DNA from: an uncultured Planctomycetaceae bacterium
GTDB taxonomy: Bacteria; Planctomycetota; Planctomycetia; Planctomycetales; Planctomycetaceae
Direction: 5' to 3'
Assembly (NCBI GenBank): GCA_963976765.1
Contig: CAXBME010000009.1
Location: 124,001-188,000 of the forward strand
Length of the DNA: 64,000 nt
Made by a program: the position numbers and the translations under genes. How positions within the stretch are numbered: position 1 is the first letter of the stretch; every line of letters begins with the position of its first letter. The notes beneath the pieces are model-generated. The model was not told the origin of the DNA. It saw nothing but the letters and a program-made list of their open reading frames with translations, and did no database searches. Positions 1 through 9,981 of the stretch are shown one piece after another.

Positions 1-2
1 GC

Positions 3-833
3 AAGACGTGGCCGGAACTGACACCGTCGAAGATCCCTCATCCAAGTGCCCGCTTTTTTATCCGGCGACTGAACTCCGGGAACCTGCTGCTGGTCAAACA
101 TGGCGGCATGGATCAGAAAACCGGTCGTTCGCACCTGACCGCGTTTGTCTCGAAAGACGACGGCCAGACCTGGACTGGAGGCCTGCTGCTGGACGAACGC
201 AGCGGCGTGTCCTACCCCGACGGCCAGCAGACCGACGATGGCACAATCCGGATCATCTACGACTTCAGCCGTACGGGTTCACGGCACATCCTGATGGCGA
301 CGTTTCGCGAGGAAGATGCCGCCGCCGGGAAGCCTGTCAGCAACAACGTTAAACGGCGACAGCTCGTCGGCGAAGCCTCGGGCGGTCAGGAAAAGAAACC
401 TGAACCCGTCCGCGACAACGCCGACGGTGAAGCACTGCGTCGAGCCAATACCGGCTCGTTCAGCTCCGTAAACTTTCAGGCGGACAAGTTCAGCAAAGAC
501 GCGAAGCTCTTTACTGACCGTCCCTACGTCGTCGAGGACGACCTCCCAGCCTTACGCGGCGCGAGCTTTCTCCGAATCCCGCTCGACGGCCGCAAGACGC
601 TCACGTGTGAACGAGCCGGTACGGTCTGGTTCCTCACACCGGTTCCCGACCGCAACAAGGACTCGTGCAGCCAGGAGCTGACAAAACAGGGCTTCAAAAC
701 AGTCAGCGTTCCCGAAGTCCGACTGTTCAACCCAATGTCGACCGCCAACTTCTGCACGCTCTACCAGAAGGACTGCAAAGCCGGCGAAACCATCACCGTC
801 GGTAAGTGGGCCGTCCCGCTGTTCATGCCGTGA
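3..833 (+). CDS. BNR/Asp-box (sialidase-family) protein, 5'-partial
   Basis: Frame is open from base 3 (KTWPELTPSKIPHPSARFFIRRLNSGNLLLV...). Asp-box SKDDGQTW and VSYPDG..DDGTIRIIYD are typical of BNR_2 sialidases. Confidence 0.8.
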   Translation, partial: KTWPELTPSKIPHPSARFFIRRLNSGNLLLVKHGGMDQKTGRSHLTAFVSKDDGQTWTGGLLLDERSGVSYPDGQQTDDGTIRIIYDFSRTGSRHILMATFREEDAAAGKPVSNNVKRRQLVGEASGGQEKKPEPVRDNADGEALRRANTGSFSSVNFQADKFSKDAKLFTDRPYVVEDDLPALRGASFLRIPLDGRKTLTCERAGTVWFLTPVPDRNKDSCSQELTKQGFKTVSVPEVRLFNPMSTANFCTLYQKDCKAGETITVGKWAVPLFMP

Positions 834-1035
834 CTGCCCTCACTCAGAAAGCTGGCCCCGATGCCGCAATATTCCCAAGTGCAAGCGGCCATCGTCGTGA
901 AGACGACTTTCTCATTGGATTTCGCCCCTCCCCCGCCTTTTTCTGTTGTGGCTCACGCCGAACATGAGCTCGATCACACTCTGCTGGCCCCTGTTTACCA
1001 GCCAGCCCCTGGGAAAAACTCGTGCGGCTACGCCG

Positions 1036-1057
1036 CCCCGGTTGCAAGCAACCGGGG
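1036..1057. repeat. GC-rich hairpin (REP-like or terminator)
   Basis: CCCCGGTTGC-AA-GCAACCGGGG, a perfect 10-bp inverted repeat between convergent genes. Confidence 0.5.
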
Positions 1058-1141
1058 ATACCCTCAATTTCGGCAATCAACCGGCGTCATCCGTGCCAAG
1101 ATGCACCCTACGTCACTTCACATTAGTTCCTTCGATGTTTT

Positions 1142-1525
1142 TCACGGTTGTCTCGACAGCGAAGCAACAGTACGCATACCGGATGCCATTCCTATGCGGA
1201 TCGCAATTCGGGGTGATAGCCCAATTACGAGTACAACTTGTGGGGCATCCTTTGTCACAACCACGAGCCATTCTTCTTCGTCACACCTGCGAACTTGAAC
1301 ATACTCCACCGTGGTCAATTCCAAGTTGACTGCGGAACCGGTTGGATCTTCGGAAACGAATTGGACGTAATCGTCGCCTGGCTCAAGCGTTAAGGATACT
1401 CGTCCCGATGGCATTTCTGTTTGGAATAACACTCGGTTGTAACACCAAGGTGCTTCAGGATCGGTCAAGATCGGCTCGACGCAAAACAACGAGATTAACT
1501 CCCAGTTTTCCGATCGAATCTCCAT
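1142..1525 (-). CDS. hypothetical protein (possible immunity-type protein)
   Basis: ATG at 1525 after AAGGA. Acidic ~127 aa ORF with ELISLFCVEP..DPEAPWCYN. Confidence 0.55.
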   Translation of the reverse strand: MEIRSENWELISLFCVEPILTDPEAPWCYNRVLFQTEMPSGRVSLTLEPGDDYVQFVSEDPTGSAVNLELTTVEYVQVRRCDEEEWLVVVTKDAPQVVLVIGLSPRIAIRIGMASGMRTVASLSRQP

Positions 1526-1637
1526 GGTCCGGTCCTTATTTGCTCGCAGGTACTCTTGGTCCGCCATCGACTGCAAGTGGGCTTAGCTTGCCTTAAACAC
1601 GAAATGCCCGATCTTCAGGCTCGTATCGAATACCAAT

Positions 1638-1910
1638 TCAGGCGACCTGTTCGGAGCGGTCGCGGAACTCTTCCAGGATACTTTCCGAAGAGCGAGCGGG
1701 TTCGGCATCGCCTCCCATCCCGTTGGTGATATCGGCCAAAGCCAGGGTGGTGGTTTCTGACGTGCTGGTATTCGGCGGGGCGTTTTCGTAGCCGGTGTAA
1801 GTGGTCGAGCCGGTGCTCACGGTGATGGTGCATCCGCTACGACCGTCCGGCAGAGTGATCAGCGTTTCGGTGACCGAAATTGTGAACGTCACGGTGGTGA
1901 ACGTCGCCAT
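1638..1910 (-). CDS. hypothetical Thr-rich protein
   Basis: ORF from ATG 1910, co-oriented with its neighbours, ~90 aa. Confidence 0.4.
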   Translation of the reverse strand: MATFTTVTFTISVTETLITLPDGRSGCTITVSTGSTTYTGYENAPPNTSTSETTTLALADITNGMGGDAEPARSSESILEEFRDRSEQVA

Positions 1911-2035
1911 GCCGCTCGACAGGACACTGTGAAGATCATCCAGATGCGCAGACTGGACCGACAGTGGAAAAATACTGGCGGACTTCGATTCGTGAAGTCT
2001 CAAGCCCACCAGTACTCGCCATCAAACTTCACAAC

Positions 2036-2509
2036 CTAGCTTGTGAAGTTGCCAGATCCGCCAAGACTAATGCCGCCACCGATTCCGAGACCTCCAAAAA
2101 TGCCGCTGCCCAGGTACTCACCGGTACCGATTGTCTTGTGCTTATACCACCTCACCTCAATGCCACCAACGACGACAGACGCACTGCTCGCCCTGAAACT
2201 GACTTTATTGAGATCAAGCAACTCTTGCGGAGAAACATTGAATGTAGCCGTACCCGATCCCGCACCGGTCGCGCCAAGCCCAATGGAAGGTGCCTGTCCA
2301 TCAAAATAAACCTTTGTGCCGTCTTCGAAAATCAATGTGCATGCAAGCTGCTCATAAACAAAAATAACCCCCACGGTCATGTCGTTACATGTAGCTTGCC
2401 AAGTGTCCGTTTTCTTAGAGAGTTCTCGATTTGCCTCGACAAAATCTGTGTAGTGCCTTGTCGTTGCCTCATGCAGTTGTTTGCTGTTCGTAAGTGGCAT
2501 TTCGATCAT
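2036..2509 (-). CDS. VapA/VapB-like (Rhodococcus virulence-associated protein family) beta-barrel protein
   Basis: Pattern VIFVYEQL..KVYFDGQAPSIGLGATGAGSGT..L..VSF...GIGGG..GSGNF parallels the VapA core. AAGGA RBS upstream. Confidence 0.6.
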   Translation of the reverse strand: MIEMPLTNSKQLHEATTRHYTDFVEANRELSKKTDTWQATCNDMTVGVIFVYEQLACTLIFEDGTKVYFDGQAPSIGLGATGAGSGTATFNVSPQELLDLNKVSFRASSASVVVGGIEVRWYKHKTIGTGEYLGSGIFGGLGIGGGISLGGSGNFTS

Positions 2510-2801
2510 ATCCTTTTTGTCTGAAACACAAGCCGCTCCTGTTTAGGCGATACTCGCGCACTAAACGTTTCCATTCAGTAACGTACATTCACCACTGCTA
2601 CGCGTCAACCTGGCTATACAGAATTCGTTTGTCGATTTGTGATCACATGAACCACAATATGACGATGCAACTTTCGACAAATTCCATGGGCAAGTACGCG
2701 CCTTGACCATCTGCCTTTTGAACTAGCGTGCGACCAGTTGCGCAGGCTGGGTCTCGACCCAGCTTTGGTCCGGCGGAGAATGCTGAGTCAACTTCAGAGC
2801 A

Positions 2802-2838
2802 GGAGTGTGGCTCTCTCCCAATAGCTGAGCCACACTCC
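2802..2838. repeat. hairpin / REP-like intergenic element
   Basis: GGAGTGTGGCTC ... GAGCCACACTCC, a perfect 12-bp stem with a 13-nt loop downstream of the TolC-family gene. Confidence 0.45.
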
Positions 2839-2976
2839 AGCCAACGGCAATGGCAAAGCCAGTAGCACACGTTGCAGGCAGCGCAACCGGCGCACGCAGA
2901 AGCAGCAAGTCAGTTGCTTTTCAACAGCCTGCTAACGGCGTGGGCGCTTGTTGGACATCGGAAGAACGCCTGGCGG

Positions 2977-4299
2977 TCAATCGGTCACGGATTCGGCGGC
3001 GGCCAGACCATCGGAGAGGAGCAGGCCGTTCAGGTGGACGGCCTCCTGCCAGGCGACCCCCAGAGCGGCGATGTAGTCACGATACGTCTCCGCGTAACTG
3101 CGTTGAGCAGTCAGCAGGCGCAAGTAGTCGGTCTCGCCAGCTTCGTAGGCACCACGTGTCAGCTTCAGTGTTTCAGAAACGGTCGGCAGGACTTCGTCGC
3201 GGTACCGTTCGACCTGAACACGAGCATTCGCGAACTGTTGCCAGCGAGAAGCCAGATCACGCTGCAGCGACAGTCTCAGACGGCGAGTCTCGCGTGACGC
3301 CTGAATCCATTCCTGCTCGGCGGCGGCGATGTTGCCCTGGTTGCGATTGAAAACCGGGATCGGCAGCGTCGCCTGAATTCCGACGACGGTGTACTGCGTC
3401 GAGTCGTCGTACTGAATCGTGTTCTGCAGCGTGAGGTTGGGAATTGGTTCGACTTCGGCTCGGGCGTGCGCCGCCTGAGCGCGACCGATGCGGGCTTCGG
3501 CCAGACGAATCTGCGGACTGTTGCCTTCCAGTCGGGCGAGAAGTTGCTCAAACGTGATGTCTGGCAGACTCTCTGTTTCGAGGTGTCCGGTCAGTGGTTG
3601 AGGCTGCAGCGCGGGATCGCCGACGACAGCCAGCATTCGCTTCCAGGCGGCGGCAACGACGTTCTCGGATTGAGCGACTGTCACGGCGGCCCGCTGCTGT
3701 TCGCCGCGAGCCTGCAGTTCGTCGATGCGATTTCCTTCGCCACTTTCACGTCGCAGCTTTGCCAGAGCCGCTGCACTTTCGGCAACCTTCAGAAGCTGCC
3801 TGGCAATGTCGCGGCTGCGAGTCGCCGTCAGAATCGCGTAATACTCCAACCGCACGTTGTTGCGAACTCGCTGCTCCTGCAAAGCCAGTGCGTGATCTGC
3901 GGCTGTGCGTTCGGCGGCTCCGATATTCTGGCTCAGAGCCAGCTTGTTTCCGAAGACAAACTCCTGCTGAATGTAGCTGCCCTGCTGACCGGCCCGGCCA
4001 TCATTACCGACTTCGGACGCGGCGTATCCCACTTCCGGATTGGGATAAAGTCCCGCTTGAACATAGCGACCGTACGCCTTCCAGGTCTCAGCCCGAGCCT
4101 GATCCAACGTCGGATTGTGCTCCAGAGCGAGCACTTCGAGACGCTCAAGACTAACTGCATCCGGGTCTTCCGTCTTCTGCCACGCGGCGGCTTGACTGGC
4201 CGGAGCCCGAGACGGTTCCTCTGCATCGCAGGCCCGAATCAGAAAACCAGAAAGTAGAACCACCAGCGCAGCAAGCAAGATAAAAGCGCGAGTCATCAT
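2977..4299 (-). CDS. TolC/CzcC-family outer membrane efflux protein
   Basis: Signal peptide; ALEHNPTL, AGLYPNP, LPIPVFNRNQGNI, YEAGETDYLRLLTAQR motifs. Confidence 0.9.
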   Translation of the reverse strand: MMTRAFILLAALVVLLSGFLIRACDAEEPSRAPASQAAAWQKTEDPDAVSLERLEVLALEHNPTLDQARAETWKAYGRYVQAGLYPNPEVGYAASEVGNDGRAGQQGSYIQQEFVFGNKLALSQNIGAAERTAADHALALQEQRVRNNVRLEYYAILTATRSRDIARQLLKVAESAAALAKLRRESGEGNRIDELQARGEQQRAAVTVAQSENVVAAAWKRMLAVVGDPALQPQPLTGHLETESLPDITFEQLLARLEGNSPQIRLAEARIGRAQAAHARAEVEPIPNLTLQNTIQYDDSTQYTVVGIQATLPIPVFNRNQGNIAAAEQEWIQASRETRRLRLSLQRDLASRWQQFANARVQVERYRDEVLPTVSETLKLTRGAYEAGETDYLRLLTAQRSYAETYRDYIAALGVAWQEAVHLNGLLLSDGLAAAESVTD

Positions 4300-4641
4300 T
4301 CATCCTTGAAACCGAGTGTCTGCCCGACATCTCCAGTATCGCCCACAGACGCTCGATACGATCACTACTAACAGCACAGCCCGCACAGATTCACTACTCT
4401 GCCTGACTAGCCCGCAATCTGATCGGTCCTTTGCGCATGGGAGCACATTTTCACAGATTCAGGGCACTCGGGACCGAGGACGATGATCGGATTCGAAAGC
4501 GCTTTTTGAATCGTTTCCAGTCGTCCGCCGAAGTCGACGACAAGACTGTGGTCAGCACCGCTGATCTTCGCGTCCGCCCGATTCGAATTTGCAGCGACTC
4601 AGTCAAATCAAAGACCAGCACCTGAGCGTTGTCAAAACAGG

Positions 4642-6870
4642 TCACGCCAGTTGCTTGCGGAACCGAAGCAGGCTGAGCGTCAGGATAACGGCCGTGCAGA
4701 TCGACAGGCCGGTGATCGAGGGCAGCAGTTCCAGGAAACCAGCTCCGCGCAGGACGATGCCGCGCAGGATTTCAAGGAACCAGGTCACCGGAATTACGAA
4801 CGTCAGTGTGTAGACCGGAGCGGGCATCTGGGCTCGCGGGAACATGAAGCCGGACAGCAGGACGCTCGGCAGCATGATAATAAATGCAAACTGAATCGCC
4901 TGAAGCTGTGTCTTCGCGATCGTCGAGACCAGCAGGCCCAGACCCAGAGCGCACAATAGAAACAGTGTGCTCAACAGAAGCAGCAACGCGAGATCGCCAC
5001 GGATCGGCACGCCAAACACAAAAACCATCACGTTGATCACGATCAGCGTTTCGACAAATCCAAGCAGTGCGTACGGGATCAGTTTGCCGAGCAACAATCC
5101 TGCACGACTGACGGGTGTCACGAAGAGCTGTTCCAGCGTGCCGAGTTCCCGTTCCCGCACGACGGCGAACGACGTCAGAAACAGCGTCACCAGTTGCAGG
5201 ATGATGCCGATAAGGCCTGGCACGAAGAAGTGAGAACTTTCGAGGTTCGGGTTGTAGAGCAGCCGAGCCCGCATTTCGACAGGTAGAGCCAGATCGCCGG
5301 TTTCGTCACGGGCCGGGGCGACGCTCAGTGACTCGGCAAGCACTCGGGCCTTGCGCGTCGAAAGCTGAAACGCCAGCAGGTTTGTCGTCGTCAACGCGGT
5401 GCTGGCGACCTGAGCATCGCTGCCATCAATAAGCACCTGCACGCGAGCCTGTTCGCGACCGAGCAGTCGTTCGCTGTACTCGGCGGGAATCTTGAGACCA
5501 ACTTTCGCTTCACCGGAAGTCAGCGCTTGATGAAAGGCGTCTTCGCTATGAACCCGGTCGACGATGCAGAACGTGCGCGAATTCTCGAACGTGTCGGTCA
5601 GCTCCCTCGCAGCCGTGCGGCCATCAAGGTCGTAGACGACGGTCGGAATATCTTCAATCTGAGTGTCGATCGCGATGCCAAAGATGAAGGTCTGCAGCAC
5701 CGGTACGACGAACGCGAAAACCAGCGTGCTCCGTTCGCGGCGGATGTGCGAAAGTTCTTTAAGGAACACCGCGACGAAGCCAGCAAGGGGATTCTTTAGA
5801 ACTCCAACACGTTGTTGATCGGAAGCCTGCATCCGGGCCGGGGCAGCTGCCGAAGAATTGATGTCGGTTCGAACTACCTGTTTCTCACTGCCGCTTTGAT
5901 CAGTGGCCAGTGGCGAAAACGTACCAGCAGTTCCGCTGCCGCTCAGCGTGACGAAGACATCTTCGAGCGACGGCGCGATCGGTCGTGCGTTTGCTTCGCC
6001 GTTATCAGCACCGGCAGCCGACGCTAGTAATGCCGGTGTGGCCGACTGATCAGCCAGTACGTGAATCATCTGCCCAAACAGCGTTGCATCGCGGATGCCA
6101 TCGGCGCGTCTGAGCTTCTGCAGAGAGTCGGTCGGCGACGGCACATCGAGTTCCCAGCGGCGCGTCCCTTCAGGGGTCACCTGAGGCAGTTGTTTGAGGT
6201 CGCCGGGCTCGCCGCAGACCAGCAGCTTCGCGTTCTGGATATAGGCGACGCGCGAACACCGCTCGGCTTCGTCCATGTAATGCGTCGTCACAAACAACGT
6301 GACGCCGCGGCTGGCAAGTTCGAACAGCAGATCCCACAACTGTCGTCTCGCGACCGGATCGATGCCGGCCGTTGGCTCGTCAAGAAACACAACCCTAGGG
6401 TCGTGAATCAATGCCGCAGCCAGTGCCAGCCGTTGCTTCCAGCCGCCCGACAGCGTGCCAGCCAGTTGATCCAGTTGGTCGCCGATGCCTGTCAGTGTGA
6501 CGACTTCATCCAATCGTTCTGCCAGCCGAGCCGCTGAGAGCCCGTAAATGCGACCGTAGAATTCCAGGTTTTCCCGAACACTCAGGTCGGTATACAGGCT
6601 GAACTTCTGCGACATGTAGCCGATGCGCTGCTTGACCGCTTCGGCCTCGCGAACGACATCAAAGCCCAGCACAGTCCCGGTTCCCGATGCCGGAGCCAGG
6701 ACGCCGCAGAGCATGCGAATGATCGTCGACTTGCCACTGCCGTTCGGCCCGAGCAGCCCGAAGATGCTCCCCGCCGGAACGTCAAAACTGACGTCGTCTA
6801 CGGCGGTCAGTTGACCGAACCTCCGTGTCAATCTTTCCACTCGGATTGCCGGATCAGAATCCGAAATCAC
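4642..6870 (-). CDS. fused ABC transporter ATP-binding + ABC-2 permease (YbhF/YbhR-like)
   Basis: Walker A GPNGSGKS, LSGG, FLDEPTAGIDP, followed by a permease with RERELGTLEQLFVTP. Confidence 0.9.
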   Translation of the reverse strand: MISDSDPAIRVERLTRRFGQLTAVDDVSFDVPAGSIFGLLGPNGSGKSTIIRMLCGVLAPASGTGTVLGFDVVREAEAVKQRIGYMSQKFSLYTDLSVRENLEFYGRIYGLSAARLAERLDEVVTLTGIGDQLDQLAGTLSGGWKQRLALAAALIHDPRVVFLDEPTAGIDPVARRQLWDLLFELASRGVTLFVTTHYMDEAERCSRVAYIQNAKLLVCGEPGDLKQLPQVTPEGTRRWELDVPSPTDSLQKLRRADGIRDATLFGQMIHVLADQSATPALLASAAGADNGEANARPIAPSLEDVFVTLSGSGTAGTFSPLATDQSGSEKQVVRTDINSSAAAPARMQASDQQRVGVLKNPLAGFVAVFLKELSHIRRERSTLVFAFVVPVLQTFIFGIAIDTQIEDIPTVVYDLDGRTAARELTDTFENSRTFCIVDRVHSEDAFHQALTSGEAKVGLKIPAEYSERLLGREQARVQVLIDGSDAQVASTALTTTNLLAFQLSTRKARVLAESLSVAPARDETGDLALPVEMRARLLYNPNLESSHFFVPGLIGIILQLVTLFLTSFAVVRERELGTLEQLFVTPVSRAGLLLGKLIPYALLGFVETLIVINVMVFVFGVPIRGDLALLLLLSTLFLLCALGLGLLVSTIAKTQLQAIQFAFIIMLPSVLLSGFMFPRAQMPAPVYTLTFVIPVTWFLEILRGIVLRGAGFLELLPSITGLSICTAVILTLSLLRFRKQLA

Positions 6871-6905
6871 GTTGCATCTCCATCAATGGACGACGCCGTC
6901 ATGGC

Positions 6906-7265
6906 TCAGGCCTTCTTCACGAACTCCGATTTCAGCGCCATCGCTCCGATGCCATCGACCTTGCAGTCGATATTGTGATCGCCATCGACCAGCCGAATCT
7001 TCCTGACCTTCGTGCCACCCTTGATGACTGACGATGAACCTTTGAGTTTCAGGTCTTTGATGACAACCACGCTGTCGCCATTATGGAGCAACGTGCCATT
7101 GGAATCGCGAACGACCAGTTCATTCGAGTCAGCGGAATCCGTAGCGTCCGTGAAATCTGATTCGGTCGGCATCCATTCGTGCCCACATGACGGACACGCC
7201 AGCAGCGTGCCACTTTCATAGGTGAATTCCGAGTCACACTCGGGACAATTCGGCAGTTCGTTCAT
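6906..7265 (-). CDS. yjdM: zinc-ribbon protein YjdM (PhnA family)
   Basis: [59 protein letters not shown]. Confidence 0.9.
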   Translation of the reverse strand: MNELPNCPECDSEFTYESGTLLACPSCGHEWMPTESDFTDATDSADSNELVVRDSNGTLLHNGDSVVVIKDLKLKGSSSVIKGGTKVRKIRLVDGDHNIDCKVDGIGAMALKSEFVKKA

Positions 7266-7332
7266 TTTTGACTTTCCATCATTAGTAATCCATTGGTTGA
7301 TATCACATGTGGAGATTCTGGTGAGTGAACGA

Positions 7333-8460
7333 TCAAGTCCTGACCGTTTCAAAATGCACGTCAGCGGCCATGCCGGGACGCAGCCGGTCGAGATCTGATT
7401 TCAATTCGACGCGGATGCGGAAGACCTGCTTTGATCGTTCTTCCGGAGTCTGCACGTTGCCGGGTGTGAATTCTGCCTGCCGCGCGACAAACGTCACTTC
7501 GCCGGAAAACCGTTCACCCGGAAAACTGTCGACGCTGATTTCGACCCGCTGACCAGTCTCGATGTTCAACCGATTCTCCGGCACGAACGCCCGCACGTAA
7601 AGCCGTCGTGTGTCGAGCAGCGCAACGACTGGCGCATTCGGCGGCACGATGTCGCCGGGCCGTAAATCAACCGCCTCGACGACTCCGTCAAACGGCGCTA
7701 ACACGGTCAGCTCGTCAAGCTGCCGATCGATCACAGCCAGCGCGGCCCTCGCTGCGTCGCGTCGTGCCCGTGCTTCATCGACTTCCTCGCGGCGATACCC
7801 TGCCGTGCGCAGTGCGAACTGTTGATCCGCCTGCCGCAGTCGGGCATCTGCCTGTGCAATCATTTCTTTGCGAGTGCCGGCTTTGAGCAGATCAAGTTTT
7901 GCCTGCCGATCTTCGAACGTCGCCAGCGCGACGCTCAGCTTCGTGCTGGCTTCGTCGAGGTCGTTCTGATCAACGGCCTTCTGCCCAAACAGGGATTCAA
8001 TGCGGTTGTAGTCGCGAGTGGCGTTCTTGAGTTCGGCCGCCGTCAGCCGAACCTGAGCTTCAGCGGCGGCAATTTCCTGTGAGCGCGGCCCGTTGCGCAA
8101 CTCCTCCAGAGCCGCCGCCGCTTCGTCACGCATCGCCCGGCCCTGCTCGATTTCCTCGTCGCGGAAGCCGGTTGTGAGTTTCTTCAACTGAGCATCGGCT
8201 GCGGCCAGTGTCTGCTGGGCCTGAGCTTTACGTTCGCGCAGATCGAATGGCTGCAGTTCAACCAGCGGTTCACCAGCAGCCACGACCTGGCCCTCGTCGA
8301 CATGCACGACGGCCACTCGTCCGCCAATCCGCGAGCCCACACGCACGTCATCAGCTTCAACTGTACCCGACACAATCAGCGGCTCGTCCCGTCGCTGATT
8401 GAGAACCAGCAGCGCCGTCAGTCCGGCAGCGAGGATAACGATGACGACAAGTCGTTTCAT
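7333..8460 (-). CDS. HlyD-family membrane fusion protein (YbhG-like)
   Basis: N-terminal [15 protein letters not shown], coiled coil, [23 protein letters not shown]. Confidence 0.9.
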   Translation of the reverse strand: MKRLVVIVILAAGLTALLVLNQRRDEPLIVSGTVEADDVRVGSRIGGRVAVVHVDEGQVVAAGEPLVELQPFDLRERKAQAQQTLAAADAQLKKLTTGFRDEEIEQGRAMRDEAAAALEELRNGPRSQEIAAAEAQVRLTAAELKNATRDYNRIESLFGQKAVDQNDLDEASTKLSVALATFEDRQAKLDLLKAGTRKEMIAQADARLRQADQQFALRTAGYRREEVDEARARRDAARAALAVIDRQLDELTVLAPFDGVVEAVDLRPGDIVPPNAPVVALLDTRRLYVRAFVPENRLNIETGQRVEISVDSFPGERFSGEVTFVARQAEFTPGNVQTPEERSKQVFRIRVELKSDLDRLRPGMAADVHFETVRT

Positions 8461-8605
8461 GGAATCTTTCAGTTGTTTCAATGCCTGGCCGCAGGATCGT
8501 CGAATCTGACCGCAATCGGCGAGCCGTGGTGTCGACAGATGGCAGCATCCATCATCACGATCGATGAAGAGCAGTGGTCAGCCGGAAAATGTCGTGAATC
8601 GATTT

Positions 8606-8620
8606 GCAACTTGCACGCCA
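8606..8620 (-). promoter_or_regulatory. sigma54 -24/-12 promoter for the efflux operon
   Basis: Minus strand TGGCGTGCAAGTTGC matches TGGC-N7-TTGC. Confidence 0.6.
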
Positions 8621-8851
8621 GATGAACGCCAACTGCAATTTAATGGGCGAAGCCTGATTCAGATGGAACAAGTCGATCGCGCGCATCGGCACATGTGCTT
8701 CTGTCTGCGTGCGATGAGACACACAACCTTGTGATTCAATTCCTGTCGATGGCATACCAGAAGGGGCTGATTGCACCCTGTCGCACACATCATGTGCGGT
8801 TTGACGACCACCCATTTCCAGTTCGACTTGTTGTCGAAAAACAGGGTTGAA

Positions 8852-8866
8852 TGGAATTGAAATTGC
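8852..8866 (+). promoter_or_regulatory. sigma54 -24/-12 promoter
   Basis: TGGAATTGAAATTGC (GG-N10-GC), ending 58 nt before the ATG at 8924. Confidence 0.55.
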
Positions 8867-8923
8867 GGTATCGGCTGCTGGTGTGGTCTTCGACAACCAA
8901 ACACGTACTGGAGGGAAGAGGCA

Positions 8924-9304
8924 ATGAGCGTCACATTTCACGAAGTTGATTTTGCTGCATCAACGGAAACGAATGTCGTGGTCCTGCGAGTAAGCGGCAA
9001 ATTAACGAAGGACGACTACGCGATTTTCGTTCCGGAACTGGAACAATGGATCGTACGCCACGGAAAGATTCGCATCCTTTTCGACATGGTCGATTTTCAT
9101 GGCTGGACGGTCAGCGCCGCGTGGGAAGACTTGAAGCTGGGTATGAAACATTTCAGCGACATTGAGCGAGTCGCCATGATCGGCGACAAGACCTGGGAGC
9201 ACGGCATGGCGACGTTCTGCCGTCCGTTCACCAGGGCGAAGGTTCGTTACTTCGACCGTGCCGACGCCGACAAGGCAGAAACGTGGATCTCCAGCGATGA
9301 GTAG
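8924..9304 (+). CDS. STAS/SEC14 (SpoIIAA-like) domain protein
   Basis: VSGKLTKDDY..GKIRILFDM.DFHGW...AAWEDLKLG..HFSDIERVAMIGDK.W. Confidence 0.85.
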   Translation: MSVTFHEVDFAASTETNVVVLRVSGKLTKDDYAIFVPELEQWIVRHGKIRILFDMVDFHGWTVSAAWEDLKLGMKHFSDIERVAMIGDKTWEHGMATFCRPFTRAKVRYFDRADADKAETWISSDE

Positions 9305-9364
9305 AAATCAGAGTACTACTCGATGTCAGCGAAGTATGTCGCCAGCAGGACAATTTCGGCGCGG

Positions 9365-9940
9365 TCACTGGGTGAACTGACCTGCTTCAGGATCGAAGGC
9401 TCGAACGCGTGCCGTCTGGTCGTCGACAAGCCACGCGTGCAGGCTTAGCTGCCCGGTCGCCAGTTGTTTGCTGATAAATCGATGCGACTGGAGATTTTCG
9501 AGCTGCAGTAACATGTGTTCCTGGACAAGCAGTTCGAAGAATTCCCGGTCGGTGGCTTGCGGATAGTGTTGTTCGACAATGCTGAGCGTTCGGCAAACGC
9601 ACAAGTCCCGACTCCGTCGCTGGGCGAGGTTGGCCAGAACGGAGCAACACGTGTGACCACAAAGAATGATGTGTTGGATCTCATGCACCGCCATGGCAAA
9701 TTCGATGCTTCCCAGAAAGGCATCCGTCTCACCCGGGCGAGCCACGGAAGCAGCCAGGTTCTGCACCACGACGAACTGATCGGGATCGGCGAAAGAAATG
9801 CTGCCAGGCAATCCGCTCTGATCGGAACAAGCCAGCAGCAGAAAATCCTGCCGACCCGACCTTGCCGCCTCAATCAATTCGGACATGGTACCGAAGTGGC
9901 GCTCATCGAAGTGGTGAATTTCGGGTTGAAGTACGGTCAT
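9365..9940 (-). CDS. beta-carbonic anhydrase-like protein (atypical active site)
   Basis: LLACSDQ, SIEFAM, HIILCGHTCCS, QLENL.SH, LSLHAW. Zn ligands C/H/C present; the Arg of CxDxR is absent. Confidence 0.75.
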   Translation of the reverse strand: MTVLQPEIHHFDERHFGTMSELIEAARSGRQDFLLLACSDQSGLPGSISFADPDQFVVVQNLAASVARPGETDAFLGSIEFAMAVHEIQHIILCGHTCCSVLANLAQRRSRDLCVCRTLSIVEQHYPQATDREFFELLVQEHMLLQLENLQSHRFISKQLATGQLSLHAWLVDDQTARVRAFDPEAGQFTQ

Positions 9941-9981
9941 GAATAGTGGCTACGGTTGAATGGCGTTCAAAGTGACAGCGA

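Noticed and set aside
2850..2935. REP-like TGGCAAAGCCAGT and IS-end-like TTTTCAACAGCCTGCTA
   Set aside because: Single degenerate copies with no partner end or transposase; they cannot be supported from this window.
8716..8733. GAGACACACAACCTTGTG as the outer end of the left element
   Set aside because: Single copy, needs an insertion to align, and lacks the TGGTGG terminus and ACAGA flank.
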